Both the position numbers and the translations under genes were made by a program. A stretch of 64,000 nt of DNA from an uncultured virus (IMG/VR IMGVR_UViG_3300005083_000004) (taxonomy: Duplodnaviria > Heunggongvirae > Uroviricota > Caudoviricetes), in IMG/VR virus record IMGVR_UViG_3300005083_000004; one strand, given 5' to 3'. Position 1 is the stretch's first letter. Every line of letters begins with the position of its first letter. Under the pieces are notes generated by a model. That model saw nothing but the letters and a program-made list of their open reading frames with translations, was not told the origin of the DNA and made no database searches. Shown here piece after piece: positions 1 through 9,802 of this stretch.

Positions 1-70
1 GGTTAATTAACAAAAGATTTTACCCAAGATTTAAAGGGAGATTAAGTCTCCCCTTCTTTTTTAAAAAAAT

Positions 71-83
71 AATTATATATTAT
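71..83 (+). promoter_or_regulatory. Putative early promoter AATTATATATTAT
   Basis: Same motif recurs intergenically upstream of many replication/transcription genes; resembles the TATATTA(C/T) early motif of phiKZ-related phages. Confidence 0.6.
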
Positions 84-150
84 CTATACACAAATAAAGA
101 AAAAGATACTATCTTTATTTATTATCCCTACTAAATAAGGAATAACATCT

Positions 151-275
151 AAACAAAATCCAAATTCTAATATTTGGTATGAAAAAACAAAGGAGGAAAT
201 ACCTATGACTTCAATTAAACAGAATCCAAATTCTAGTACTTTGTATGAAAAAACAAAGGAGGAAATACCTATGAT
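151..275 (+). repeat. 66-bp-period tandem duplication containing SD and start codon
   Basis: aaacaRaatccaaattcta...gtatgaaaaaacaaaggaggaaatacctatga occurs at 151 and at 217. Confidence 0.9.
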
Positions 276-2157
276 TGACAATCATCCAGTTTTAAATGAA
301 CATGTGTTAACTGGTTTAAACCTGATTACCAAAGAAGAATATTCAAATTTAGTAAATTTTGTATTTAATAAAATAGCAAATATATTAGAGAAATCTTATG
401 GACCATTCGGGTCCCATACAATTATTAATAAAGCGAACTATCAATTTGCGACCAAAGATGGATATCGAATATTAATGCATACATTATTTGAAGGAGATAA
501 ATTTTATCGAATTATCCATAAACAATTATTCGACGTATGTGAAAAACTGAACAATCGGGTAGGCGATGGTACAACGACAGTAATATTACTATCAAGATTA
601 CTCAATAATGTTTTTAATGAAGATTTGAAAGTTTTTATTGAAGAAGATCCAGTAGGCTACCATAGGCAGCCAAAAGCTATTATGGAAGCGTTTGAACAAG
701 CTGTTGAAACTGTATGTAAAAAAATTGATCAACGAGCAAGAGAATGCTCAATTGATGATATTTATAATATAGCAATGATTGCTACAAATTCAGATCAAAA
801 GATTAGTGCAATTATCAGTGAATTATACAAAAAACATGAAGATCCCGATATTCAATTATTAGAAGATTCTCAATTTGGTATCAGATACGAGACTAGAGAT
901 GGGTTAAAAGTTCCATTATATTTAATGGACGGCGTTTATATCAATAATACTGTTGAACAAACATGTGATATTCATGACGCAAATGTCATTATATTCAATC
1001 ATAAAATTGGAGATATGGCATATAATAACATAATTTATCTATTAGAACAAGAATTTGCTTTGACAAATAAAAGATTAGTTGTTATTGCTCCTGCGTATGA
1101 GGAAAGTTTCCTCTCCGGAAAATGGAGAAGAGATGCAGCAGATCAATTACGACATAATGGATCGATTCGTACAGTATTGGTAAAATACAATCCAACAATA
1201 TTAGGTTCAGCAGGGGCAAGTGATTTATCAATATTTGTTGATACAAATCCGATTGACACCGAGTTGGTCAAAACATTTTCTTCTGATATGAATATTATAT
1301 TTGAAAATAATAGATTTTATATCACAAATAAATATTCATATCAACTACCAATCGGATATATCGGCACTGCCCGATTCGGTATAGAAAATTCATATTTGGA
1401 AGGATTAAAACCTAATGAATTATTATTAGCAGCTCAACAAGAAAAAGCTCGTATAGAATATGAGCAAATAGAGGAAAATCTCACTACATCAGAAAAAGAA
1501 TTCTCTTCAAAATTATCTAATGCGAAAAAACGATATAATCGATTACTGATGAAGACGTGTACTATTTATTATGGTGCACCGACAGATCTTGAAAGAGAAA
1601 ATCTGCACGACTGCATTGAAGATGCCATTAAAGCTTGTGAATCAGCAAAACGATCAGGCATAGTTCAATCACAGCATCTTGAGTTAATACAAGTATTGTC
1701 AAGTATACAATATGATCCATCACTAGTAACAGAGCAAGAATATATTGAAGAATATACAAAATATGGATGGTGGAAACAATTTGCTATATATGTAATGTTC
1801 AAAGCAACATCTCAGTTAGTATATTCATTATACAAAACAAATAAATTATTAGAGTTGGATGTTGAAGATAATTTAAATCAATATCATAAACAAAATCCAA
1901 TATTAAATAAATTAAGAGAACTTGATCAAAAATATTTTGATATATTTTCATTAAATTTAACTCCATCCGACAATATTAAACATCGTCTCCGATATATGGA
2001 CGCAGCAGCGGAATTAGAATATCCGTTAAATCTGTTGACATTAGAACCTGATGAATCATTAATAACATCAGCAGATACAGACAAGGAGATACTAAAAGCA
2101 TCAATTGAACTATTTAAAATGTTAATTGGAGGAAATCAAATGTTGTATATTTTATGA
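205..2157 (+). CDS. groEL: Phage GroEL-like chaperonin (alternative start 271)
   Basis: KSYGPFG, ATKDG, VGDGTTT and EDAIKA chaperonin motifs; GGAGG SD before both ATG205 and ATG271. Confidence 0.9.
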   Translation: MTSIKQNPNSSTLYEKTKEEIPMIDNHPVLNEHVLTGLNLITKEEYSNLVNFVFNKIANILEKSYGPFGSHTIINKANYQFATKDGYRILMHTLFEGDKFYRIIHKQLFDVCEKLNNRVGDGTTTVILLSRLLNNVFNEDLKVFIEEDPVGYHRQPKAIMEAFEQAVETVCKKIDQRARECSIDDIYNIAMIATNSDQKISAIISELYKKHEDPDIQLLEDSQFGIRYETRDGLKVPLYLMDGVYINNTVEQTCDIHDANVIIFNHKIGDMAYNNIIYLLEQEFALTNKRLVVIAPAYEESFLSGKWRRDAADQLRHNGSIRTVLVKYNPTILGSAGASDLSIFVDTNPIDTELVKTFSSDMNIIFENNRFYITNKYSYQLPIGYIGTARFGIENSYLEGLKPNELLLAAQQEKARIEYEQIEENLTTSEKEFSSKLSNAKKRYNRLLMKTCTIYYGAPTDLERENLHDCIEDAIKACESAKRSGIVQSQHLELIQVLSSIQYDPSLVTEQEYIEEYTKYGWWKQFAIYVMFKATSQLVYSLYKTNKLLELDVEDNLNQYHKQNPILNKLRELDQKYFDIFSLNLTPSDNIKHRLRYMDAAAELEYPLNLLTLEPDESLITSADTDKEILKASIELFKMLIGGNQMLYIL

Positions 2158-2169
2158 AATTTATATTAA

Positions 2170-2194
2170 GAGGGATTTATTCCCTCATTTTTTA
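2170..2194 (+). terminator. Intrinsic terminator after groEL
   Basis: gaggga-tttat-tccctc followed by T-tract. Confidence 0.7.
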
Positions 2195-2311
2195 TTTATT
2201 CTTTTTCATTAATAATTTATTTATCACCACTATAAAATATATTTTTGTTAACCCCGATATACTGTGTAATTAAATTTAACAAATAATAATTATATTATGG
2301 AGGAAATAATT

Positions 2312-2830
2312 ATGTATAAAAATTTTGAAATAAGACCAGGAAAGTCACCGATGAACAAACACAGTTTTCGTAAAGTAATTGAAGATGTATTAAATGATGA
2401 GAAATTCACTTTGACTGTATATAATATATATAAAAAATGTGATGAAGAAGTCTCACCATATAAATTATATCGAAGCATGTTAGCTCGTCATTTGGATGAG
2501 ATTAAATATCCAAACAATAAAGAAGCAAAGGACGTAATAGCTAATGCGCAGTTTAAGAGTTTTGAAGAATTGGCTAATTTGATACCAATTCTTGTTTACA
2601 TTCAAATCGCATCAAATAGGTCGCGATTCGATTTGCCGACATTAAAAGATTTTAAAGGCGGAATATATTTGAAAGAAGTTGAAGCAGGTGAAGCAGATAA
2701 AAGAGTTCCAGGATTTAATGGCGCAGCTCCTTCTATTGTTCATAAGAAGTGGGCAAAGCATTATCTTCTTGGTGTTAAAACAAAGAAGCCTGCAACTGTT
2801 GATCTTTCTAACCAAGAAAAGAAAATTTAG
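2312..2830 (+). CDS. Basic protein, possibly HU/IHF-like DNA-binding (ORF track start 2297)
   Basis: GGAGG SD before ATG2312; Lys-rich C-half with a beta-arm-like pattern (RFDLP..GGIYLKEV..RVPG..). Confidence 0.35.
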   Translation: MYKNFEIRPGKSPMNKHSFRKVIEDVLNDEKFTLTVYNIYKKCDEEVSPYKLYRSMLARHLDEIKYPNNKEAKDVIANAQFKSFEELANLIPILVYIQIASNRSRFDLPTLKDFKGGIYLKEVEAGEADKRVPGFNGAAPSIVHKKWAKHYLLGVKTKKPATVDLSNQEKKI

Positions 2831-2841
2831 TTCGTTAAAAG

Positions 2842-2864
2842 ATGGGGAAACACTTCCCCATTTT
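2842..2864 (+). terminator. Intrinsic terminator
   Basis: atggggaa-acac-ttccccat followed by T-tract. Confidence 0.75.
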
Positions 2865-2885
2865 CTTTTGTTATAAGGAGATATT

Positions 2886-2999
2886 ATGTCCAAAAATGAC
2901 AAGGAAAGAATTTTAAATATTCCAATGATATGTGAGAAATGCAATAAAAATTTGAAGATATACTTAATTTACCAAAGACTTATCCAAGAAGTTATTTAG
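2886..2999 (+). CDS. Small 37-aa protein with CEKC
   Basis: AAGGAG SD; MSKNDKERILNIPMICEKCNK...; not in ORF track. Confidence 0.4.
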   Translation: MSKNDKERILNIPMICEKCNKNLKIYLIYQRLIQEVI

Positions 3000-3121
3000 T
3001 ATAAAAAATGAACAATAAATATTTTATAATTATTTTTCATTTTTTCAATATATTATTAATTATATATTATCATTTTATAATAAATTATATATCATAAAAT
3101 TTATGATATAATTATAAAAAA

Positions 3122-4534
3122 TTGGAGATTTATATGAGAATAAATGACCCAAAACAACAAGCTTATTTATTAGACAAGATATCAAATGTTGATATCGTAA
3201 AATTAAATAATGATATGAAAAAGAAATATAATAAAACAATATTTGAATTATCAAATCCAAATAATATAAATTTCTTTACATCATTAAACGATTTCATTGA
3301 TAATTTTATTGGAATTACAAACAATCCAAAATTTTTTATGAAACAATTTCATGAAGTTTTTATAAATGGACAACTTTCAAAACTTGGAACACTCATGAAA
3401 GTTGATGAAGATGAATTCCATTATTTTATATTATTTGAACATTTATATGATCCTCCGATTTATGCGAGAGTAATATTAAAGAATATCCCATCATATAATA
3501 CAAAGAATATAGATGTTGAAAATCATTTTAATAGAAATCATGGTGTTCCATTTAGTATATTTGAAGATAAAAATTTAGATCGGGATTTTTATATATTTGA
3601 TCCAACCAAAAAAGAATCATTATCAATACAATTTTATGATTTTATGATCGATATATTAAGATTTGACTATTATAAATATATTTGGATAACTTTTCTTGAT
3701 GTTATCAATCAACCTTTTCCATATCCAACTTTGACTGATAAACAATTACATGATCAATTCAATGATTTAAAAAAATCCAATGATAATAATTTAAATTCAA
3801 TACGAGGAATCCAAATTATTAATCATTTTCATAAATCAATTTATCAATCATCATATACAGATAATTTATCACCATTAGAGGTATGGAATGATTATAATCA
3901 AATACTAAAAACTATTTCAAATCGTTTTATTTATACAAATAAACCAATTACCGCTTCTCAAGTTTTACATGGTTTTTCTATTAATAAAATTGCTCCAAAA
4001 GTATCAATATTTTCTCCTGGAAAAATGATGACAATATTGGATAGATATACTAATAATAATTTTAAAACCGTTTATGATCCTTTTTCTGGTTTCTCAGGAA
4101 GAATGTTAGGATCAATAGCAAGAAATTTTAATTATATTGGAAATGATATTAATCCTATTACAGTAAATGAGGCAAATAATATAATCAATTACTTTAATAT
4201 TACAAATGCTATTGTATTAAATAAAGATACATTAGATACTAAAGTTGAATTGCCTAATGATCATGTTGTTATTACTTGTCCTCCATATGGATATTTAGAA
4301 AAATGGAATCAAGATATAATAGTTAAGGAATCTTCTGAATGGATTGATATTATATTATCTAATATAAAAGCTAAAAAGTATATTATAGTTGGAGATTCTC
4401 GAGATAATAACCATGATAAATATTGGGTTGATTCAATTTATAATAAAGGACATTTTTCATCTCATGAAGATGAAACCGGGAAAGCAGGAAAAAATAACAA
4501 AAACTTCGAAAAAATATTTATCATAAATAAATAA
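3122..4534 (+). CDS. SAM-dependent DNA amino-methyltransferase-like protein (likely start 3134)
   Basis: Motif I-like VYDPFSGFSGR, YIGNDIN, motif IV-like TCPPY; uncharacterised N-terminal half. Confidence 0.7.
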   Translation: MEIYMRINDPKQQAYLLDKISNVDIVKLNNDMKKKYNKTIFELSNPNNINFFTSLNDFIDNFIGITNNPKFFMKQFHEVFINGQLSKLGTLMKVDEDEFHYFILFEHLYDPPIYARVILKNIPSYNTKNIDVENHFNRNHGVPFSIFEDKNLDRDFYIFDPTKKESLSIQFYDFMIDILRFDYYKYIWITFLDVINQPFPYPTLTDKQLHDQFNDLKKSNDNNLNSIRGIQIINHFHKSIYQSSYTDNLSPLEVWNDYNQILKTISNRFIYTNKPITASQVLHGFSINKIAPKVSIFSPGKMMTILDRYTNNNFKTVYDPFSGFSGRMLGSIARNFNYIGNDINPITVNEANNIINYFNITNAIVLNKDTLDTKVELPNDHVVITCPPYGYLEKWNQDIIVKESSEWIDIILSNIKAKKYIIVGDSRDNNHDKYWVDSIYNKGHFSSHEDETGKAGKNNKNFEKIFIINK

Positions 4535-4569
4535 AGTTATATATTATAATTAAAAATATTAAAGGAGAT

Positions 4570-5055
4570 ATGAAAATGATAATGTCAAATAACTGGGTAA
4601 AATTCGTTGCCCCTCAAAATTTTAAATATATTGGAGCGATTGTTGGAAATCCATTATTATCACCAAAATCTCATGAACGATATGGATTATACTCAGACGT
4701 GGTGGATCTTGACGCCGGTTCATTTTACCCATCATCGATAATCGTATGTAATACGTTTATGAATACGCTACTGTTTAAGGTTCGGGTACCGAATGACCAA
4801 TTCAGTCGAGGAATGATTGATAATTCATTTAATAATATAATCAATCTTAATGAACTTGAATTGGGTAATACTGACGAAGACAAAATTGATACTGAAGATT
4901 ATCAAGAAAATAAAGATGATAAAAATTATTATCTCAATGAATGTGGCGGGTATATTATGGATAACTATTCCACTAGAAATTGGTTAACAATTGGATATAA
5001 TCATTTAAATTATCCATCTATTGAACAAGTTTTAACAGAATTAGGTGAGGTATAA
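4570..5055 (+). CDS. polB: Family B DNA polymerase fragment carrying motif A
   Basis: YIGAIV..P and DLDAGSFYPSSIIVCN match PolB 'GAxV..P' and DxxSLYPS; own AAGGAG SD and TATATTAT motif at 4540. Confidence 0.75.
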   Translation: MKMIMSNNWVKFVAPQNFKYIGAIVGNPLLSPKSHERYGLYSDVVDLDAGSFYPSSIIVCNTFMNTLLFKVRVPNDQFSRGMIDNSFNNIINLNELELGNTDEDKIDTEDYQENKDDKNYYLNECGGYIMDNYSTRNWLTIGYNHLNYPSIEQVLTELGEV

Positions 5056-5057
5056 AT

Positions 5058-6383
5058 ATGGACCATTATTTTGAAAAAGATTATGATAAATTGAGATCGA
5101 CTAAATTTGTTATGAGAGATATATATCACTTTAAATGTGAATATTGTGGAGCTGATTGTAGAACTGAAGGAAGTAATTTAAGTAGATCTTTAAAATCAAA
5201 TATTAATAAAAAATTTCTATGTAAAGCATGTAACTCAACTGAAGCAAATAAAAATCGATGGAGTAATCCAGATAACAAGAAAAAACAATCTGAAAAACTA
5301 AAAAGTTATATTAATGGATTAACTGAAGAAGAGAAAAAACAAAGGTTAGATAAACTTGTTGATGGATTACACAATATGACTGATGAACAAAAAGCACTTC
5401 GATCAATTCAAAATTCTAATTCAGCAAAAAAGTTATATGAAAAATATGATAAAGAAGAATTAAATCAAAGACAACGAGAGAGATATCAATCTCTCTCACA
5501 ATTAGAAAAAGATAAAATTAGACAACGAAGTATTGATCAGTGGAATGATTCAGAATTAAGAAAACGGCAATCTGAAAATAGGAAACGATATTGGGAAAAT
5601 ATCACTTTAGAACAATTACAATCATTAGAAAATAAACGTATTGAATTTTATAAAAATCGATCACCAGAAGAGAAACAAGCTTTCTCAGATTTTATGTCAA
5701 ATCTTGGTAAACAATTATGGATTGATAAAACTCCAGAACNNNNNNNNNNNNNNNNNNNNNNNNNNNNNNNNNNNNNNNNNNNNNNNNNNNNNNNNNNNNN
5801 NNNNNNNNNNNNNNNNNNNNNNNNNNNNNNNNNNNNNNNNNNNNNNNNNNNNNNNNNNNNNNNNNNNNNNNNNNNNNNNNNNNNNNNNNNNNNNNNNNNN
5901 NNNNNNNNNNNNATATGGGTTAATAAACCAGAAGAAGAACTTCATATAATCAGACAACATCAATGTTTGAGTCGATTAGGAAGAATTGATAATGGTCATA
6001 AAGATATTAAATATAAATGGTTGATACAGTGGTTGGATGATAACAAAATTAAATATAGAACTGAGGAACCATATCTCAACGTAGAAATGATCAGAGATGA
6101 TGATGGATATATAATTCCTCCAAAACCATGGGACTTTGGAATATATAATAAAGATAATAAACTTGTATTACTGATTGATGTTGACGGAACTATTCATAAT
6201 GGGTCAATTGATAAATTATTATCAGAACGAGGATTAATGACAATACAAGAACGTGACAATAAACGAGTTATTCAACATGATCCAGATATTCCATATATCA
6301 TATTATATTATGATGATAATATGGAATATAACATCCAATCTGTTAAAGACTGTATTAAAGTAATAGAAAGAGTAATTTTATAA
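5058..6383 (+). CDS. Homing-endonuclease-like protein: Zn finger, helical repeats and C-terminal PD-(D/E)XK/Vsr-like nuclease; spans N gap 5740-5912
   Basis: CEYC/CKAC, repeated 'W.N...E..K..S' helices, WDFGIY..LLIDVDG..H..RDNKR. Confidence 0.65.
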   Translation: MDHYFEKDYDKLRSTKFVMRDIYHFKCEYCGADCRTEGSNLSRSLKSNINKKFLCKACNSTEANKNRWSNPDNKKKQSEKLKSYINGLTEEEKKQRLDKLVDGLHNMTDEQKALRSIQNSNSAKKLYEKYDKEELNQRQRERYQSLSQLEKDKIRQRSIDQWNDSELRKRQSENRKRYWENITLEQLQSLENKRIEFYKNRSPEEKQAFSDFMSNLGKQLWIDKTPEXXXXXXXXXXXXXXXXXXXXXXXXXXXXXXXXXXXXXXXXXXXXXXXXXXXXXXXXXXIWVNKPEEELHIIRQHQCLSRLGRIDNGHKDIKYKWLIQWLDDNKIKYRTEEPYLNVEMIRDDDGYIIPPKPWDFGIYNKDNKLVLLIDVDGTIHNGSIDKLLSERGLMTIQERDNKRVIQHDPDIPYIILYYDDNMEYNIQSVKDCIKVIERVIL

Positions 6384-6420
6384 TATTAATTATATTATGA
6401 AAATAAAGGAGAGAATTTCT

Positions 6421-7155
6421 ATGAATAAATTAAAAAAATTAATAACTAATATAACAGAAAAAATGAGTAATTCTTATATACCGGATGTTATATGGTCATT
6501 ATTATCACTTATTCCATCTTTATTGATATTCTTTTTCGTTGATAAAACGTTGTCTTATATCTTATATTTGATTCTTACTATACCATATTCAATTAAAAAA
6601 ATTTTTACACATTTTAGATATGAAGAAGATAAAATCATAAAATTAAATGATGATTATTTAGAAGAACTAAATCAAGGATTACAAAATTTACTTAATGGAG
6701 TAAGTAATGATCCAGATCAAGTTATGTTTAAAAAAGTTAATGATAAAAATGATATAAATGAATTTCTAAATTTCTTGCAAGGAATTAATCATAATTCGGA
6801 ATATGAGGAGCATCTAAATAATATATTAACCAATATAGATAATTATATTATGCAAGAATTTCAATCCAATAATTTAAATGGAATGGTTCAAATTAGTAAT
6901 AGTGATCATATTCATATGATAGGTTGGGTTTCCGAAGATATTCCAGTGGTAGTTATAAGATGTTATATAAAAAATATAAACGACCAAATGACATTTAAGT
7001 ATGATATATCAGTATTTAATGCATCTAATCAAACATTAGAACAAATTAATGAATCATCAGAATTAATAGTGAATACTGATGATATAGAATCATCTATTTC
7101 AGATCAAGTAACATACATCGTCAATGAAGTTAAAGAAATATATGAGGATGAATAA
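6421..7155 (+). CDS. Hypothetical membrane protein (ORF track start 6397)
   Basis: AAGGAG SD; two N-terminal hydrophobic segments. Confidence 0.55.
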   Translation: MNKLKKLITNITEKMSNSYIPDVIWSLLSLIPSLLIFFFVDKTLSYILYLILTIPYSIKKIFTHFRYEEDKIIKLNDDYLEELNQGLQNLLNGVSNDPDQVMFKKVNDKNDINEFLNFLQGINHNSEYEEHLNNILTNIDNYIMQEFQSNNLNGMVQISNSDHIHMIGWVSEDIPVVVIRCYIKNINDQMTFKYDISVFNASNQTLEQINESSELIVNTDDIESSISDQVTYIVNEVKEIYEDE

Positions 7156-7156
7156 T

Positions 7157-8221
7157 ATGAAAATATGTGTAACAGCAGATCTTCATATTGGTGCTGATTC
7201 TAATATTGATGCAGTAAGAACTGAATATTTACAATGTTTTCAAATGATGTTAGAACATAATCCTGATTTAATAGTATTCGCAGGAGATTTCTTTGATACT
7301 AAACTTTATATAAATTCACAATATACTGAATTGATATTTGAATTAATTCAGTATATATCTAATTTTGGGTGTAGAGTTCGATTAATTAGCGGAACATTAT
7401 CTCATGATGTTAATCAGTATATTTTATTTAAACCATATCTAAAATCTAATATTTTAATCATCAATAAAGTATATGAAGAAGTTATCAATGGTAGATCTAT
7501 TTTATATATACCTGAAGAAATAATCGGGGATAAGATAAAATATTATAATTCAACAATATACTCAAAATGTTATGATTATATATTTGGGCATGGTGTAATA
7601 TTAGAAGGAATGACAATGGTTAAAGATACTGAATCTAAACCTGGGATAAGAACAATACCCAAATTTCGATGTAAAGATTTTAATGTAAATTACTATTGTA
7701 TATTTGGACATTATCATCGTCACACAATTATGAGTGATAAATGTCGATATGTTGGAAGTTTATCACGAACTAGATTTGGTGAACCAGAAGAAAAAGGTTG
7801 GTATTATATAGAAGATGATAAAATTGAATTTCAAAAGAATATATTAGCTCCAGAATATTTATTATTTGAAATACCTGAAAATCAATCACTTGAAGAATTT
7901 GAAAATACATTAAAAAATATTTTAATTAATATTGATCAATATGAAGAAAGTAGAAATAAATATCGTTTATTATTAAAATATAATCGAGATAATGAATCAA
8001 TATCACAAATATTGAGTAAATTACAAGCTGTAATTTCTGAGAATCCGCAGATAAGTTATAAGATTGAATTTAATGATATTAATATAGATAAATCTGATGA
8101 GATACAAAATAAATATGAATATTTATTTGATAAATCATTATCAATTGGAGAAAAAATTACAATATTCCTAGATGGTGAAATTAGTATTGATGAAGTTGAA
8201 AAATTAATATCAGTGCATTAA
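7157..8221 (+). CDS. sbcD: SbcD/Mre11-family metallophosphoesterase nuclease
   Basis: ADLHIG, AGDFFD, GTLSHD, FGHG, FGHYH, YVGS..R..FGE..KG. Confidence 0.9.
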   Translation: MKICVTADLHIGADSNIDAVRTEYLQCFQMMLEHNPDLIVFAGDFFDTKLYINSQYTELIFELIQYISNFGCRVRLISGTLSHDVNQYILFKPYLKSNILIINKVYEEVINGRSILYIPEEIIGDKIKYYNSTIYSKCYDYIFGHGVILEGMTMVKDTESKPGIRTIPKFRCKDFNVNYYCIFGHYHRHTIMSDKCRYVGSLSRTRFGEPEEKGWYYIEDDKIEFQKNILAPEYLLFEIPENQSLEEFENTLKNILINIDQYEESRNKYRLLLKYNRDNESISQILSKLQAVISENPQISYKIEFNDINIDKSDEIQNKYEYLFDKSLSIGEKITIFLDGEISIDEVEKLISVH

Positions 8222-8240
8222 ATGCACTGATATTAATTTT
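8200..8240. terminator. Perfect 20-bp-arm inverted repeat between convergent genes
   Basis: aaaattaatatcagtgcatt-a-aatgcactgatattaatttt. Confidence 0.75.
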
Positions 8241-8251
8241 AAATAATATTT

Positions 8252-8578
8252 TCATACTGTTTTTATTTTTTTCTTATTTTTTATTTGTTTTGGTGGTTTT
8301 GGTGTATTATCAATTTCATAACACCATTTCCATATATATTGATCTGTTTGTCTATGATAATTTAATTCATATACTGTGGAAATCATATCATTTAATTTAA
8401 CTATTACTTGATCATTTAAATATAATTCATTTAATAATTCTTCATCTTTAAAATATTTCGATTGAAGTTTTCTAAAATCGTACCAATAAAGTTTAAATTG
8501 TTTTTCATCAACATCAAATATTCTTGGTATAATGCGAGCATTATTTAACTTCAGATTATCTTCATTATCAATAAACAT
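8252..8578 (-). CDS. Hypothetical protein
   Basis: 108-aa ORF with AAGGG SD, ending at the bidirectional hairpin. Confidence 0.6.
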   Translation of the reverse strand: MFIDNEDNLKLNNARIIPRIFDVDEKQFKLYWYDFRKLQSKYFKDEELLNELYLNDQVIVKLNDMISTVYELNYHRQTDQYIWKWCYEIDNTPKPPKQIKNKKKIKTV

Positions 8579-8652
8579 ATAACATTTCCCTTATTATTCA
8601 AAAACTTAATATATTAATATATTAGGTAATACACAGGAGATATTTAAATATT

Positions 8653-9177
8653 ATGGTAAAATCAAAATTAAATCAATTAACAGCAATATATGATTCATAT
8701 ATCGAATCAATTGATTTGGAAAAAGATATAGATATTAATAATGATGATATTGAAACAGATGTAATTATCATATCAGATGATGATTTTGATAATAACAATG
8801 ATTTCAATCAAAACGATATTGATATTATTGAATCGTTATTGAAATCTGAAAATGATGCATATTCAGATTATACCAATGCAATATCTGAATGTCAGGATGA
8901 CAGAATTCTAAAAGTGTTGGAGGATATTAGAACTGAAGAATTGAAACATCTTCAACAACTAGAATATCTTAAATCCAAAATTACTGGTAAAAAATATGAT
9001 GCTGTTTCATTAAAAATAAAAGATGAAACAGATGAATTGATTGCATCAGTGGTTCCATCTGAAGAAGTCAATAATGAAAATGAATTAGATGAAAAAGATG
9101 AAAATCCATTAAAAGTCACAGATGATGAAAATGATGAAGAAATAGAAGAATCTGCATTGTATTCTTTATATTTTTAA
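8653..9177 (+). CDS. Acidic protein with ferritin/rubrerythrin-like helix pair
   Basis: LLKSENDAYSDY...IRTEELKH (E..ExxH pattern). Confidence 0.55.
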   Translation: MVKSKLNQLTAIYDSYIESIDLEKDIDINNDDIETDVIIISDDDFDNNNDFNQNDIDIIESLLKSENDAYSDYTNAISECQDDRILKVLEDIRTEELKHLQQLEYLKSKITGKKYDAVSLKIKDETDELIASVVPSEEVNNENELDEKDENPLKVTDDENDEEIEESALYSLYF

Positions 9178-9185
9178 TTAAAAAT

Positions 9186-9215
9186 ATAAAGAACGGAGAT
9201 TTCTCCGTTCTTTAT
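9186..9215. terminator. Intrinsic (bidirectional-type) terminator
   Basis: ataaagaacggaga-tt-tctccgttctttat. Confidence 0.75.
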
Positions 9216-9269
9216 TAAAAAATACTTTTTTGTAAAGTAAACAATTTTATTTATTAAGGAGAGATTATA

Positions 9270-9800
9270 ATGAATTGTCATTGGTCTGGAAATTTTAAAA
9301 ATTATGTTGTTGATTTTATTCGAATTCATGATTATCATGCCAATCCAAATGATTATGACATAAAATATCCGATAACAATCGTTGATGCTATTCATGATGG
9401 TGAAGATCCTAGTTCAATTACATTACGTGAAATTTTGAATAAAATTAATTCGAAGTTATCTTTAAAACAACCGATTGTTGAAGCAGGATACAATTCTCAG
9501 ATATTAACAAGAACACCAACACGAGGTGTGTTAGGTTCATTAATGAGAGTTAGCGAAATTGTGCCCTCGAATATAAGGAGCAGCAGTCATATTCCAGATG
9601 AAATTGCAGTTGGTAATTATGTTGATAGGCTTGTTAACAAAATAAATGTTGATGTGGCTGAACTTCAATCAAAAGTTTCAGAACTCAAAACTAGATCTTG
9701 CGAAGATAAAGCACAAATTAATTCATTGAAAGAGGAAATTAATTGGATTAAATCTAAACTAGAAATTGGCGATACAACATTTATATTTGGAGGTAATTAA
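9270..9800 (+). CDS. Fibre/structural-type protein, paralogue 1 of 3
   Basis: DYDIKYPIT..D, ILT....G.L..L, RSS..IPDE.AVG shared with the next two genes; C-terminal coiled coil. Confidence 0.6.
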   Translation: MNCHWSGNFKNYVVDFIRIHDYHANPNDYDIKYPITIVDAIHDGEDPSSITLREILNKINSKLSLKQPIVEAGYNSQILTRTPTRGVLGSLMRVSEIVPSNIRSSSHIPDEIAVGNYVDRLVNKINVDVAELQSKVSELKTRSCEDKAQINSLKEEINWIKSKLEIGDTTFIFGGN

Positions 9801-9802
9801 TA

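Noticed and set aside
5740..5912. N gap (also 62713-62814) as a biological feature or frameshift
   Set aside because: Unresolved or masked sequence inside repeat-rich coding regions; reading frame is preserved across both gaps
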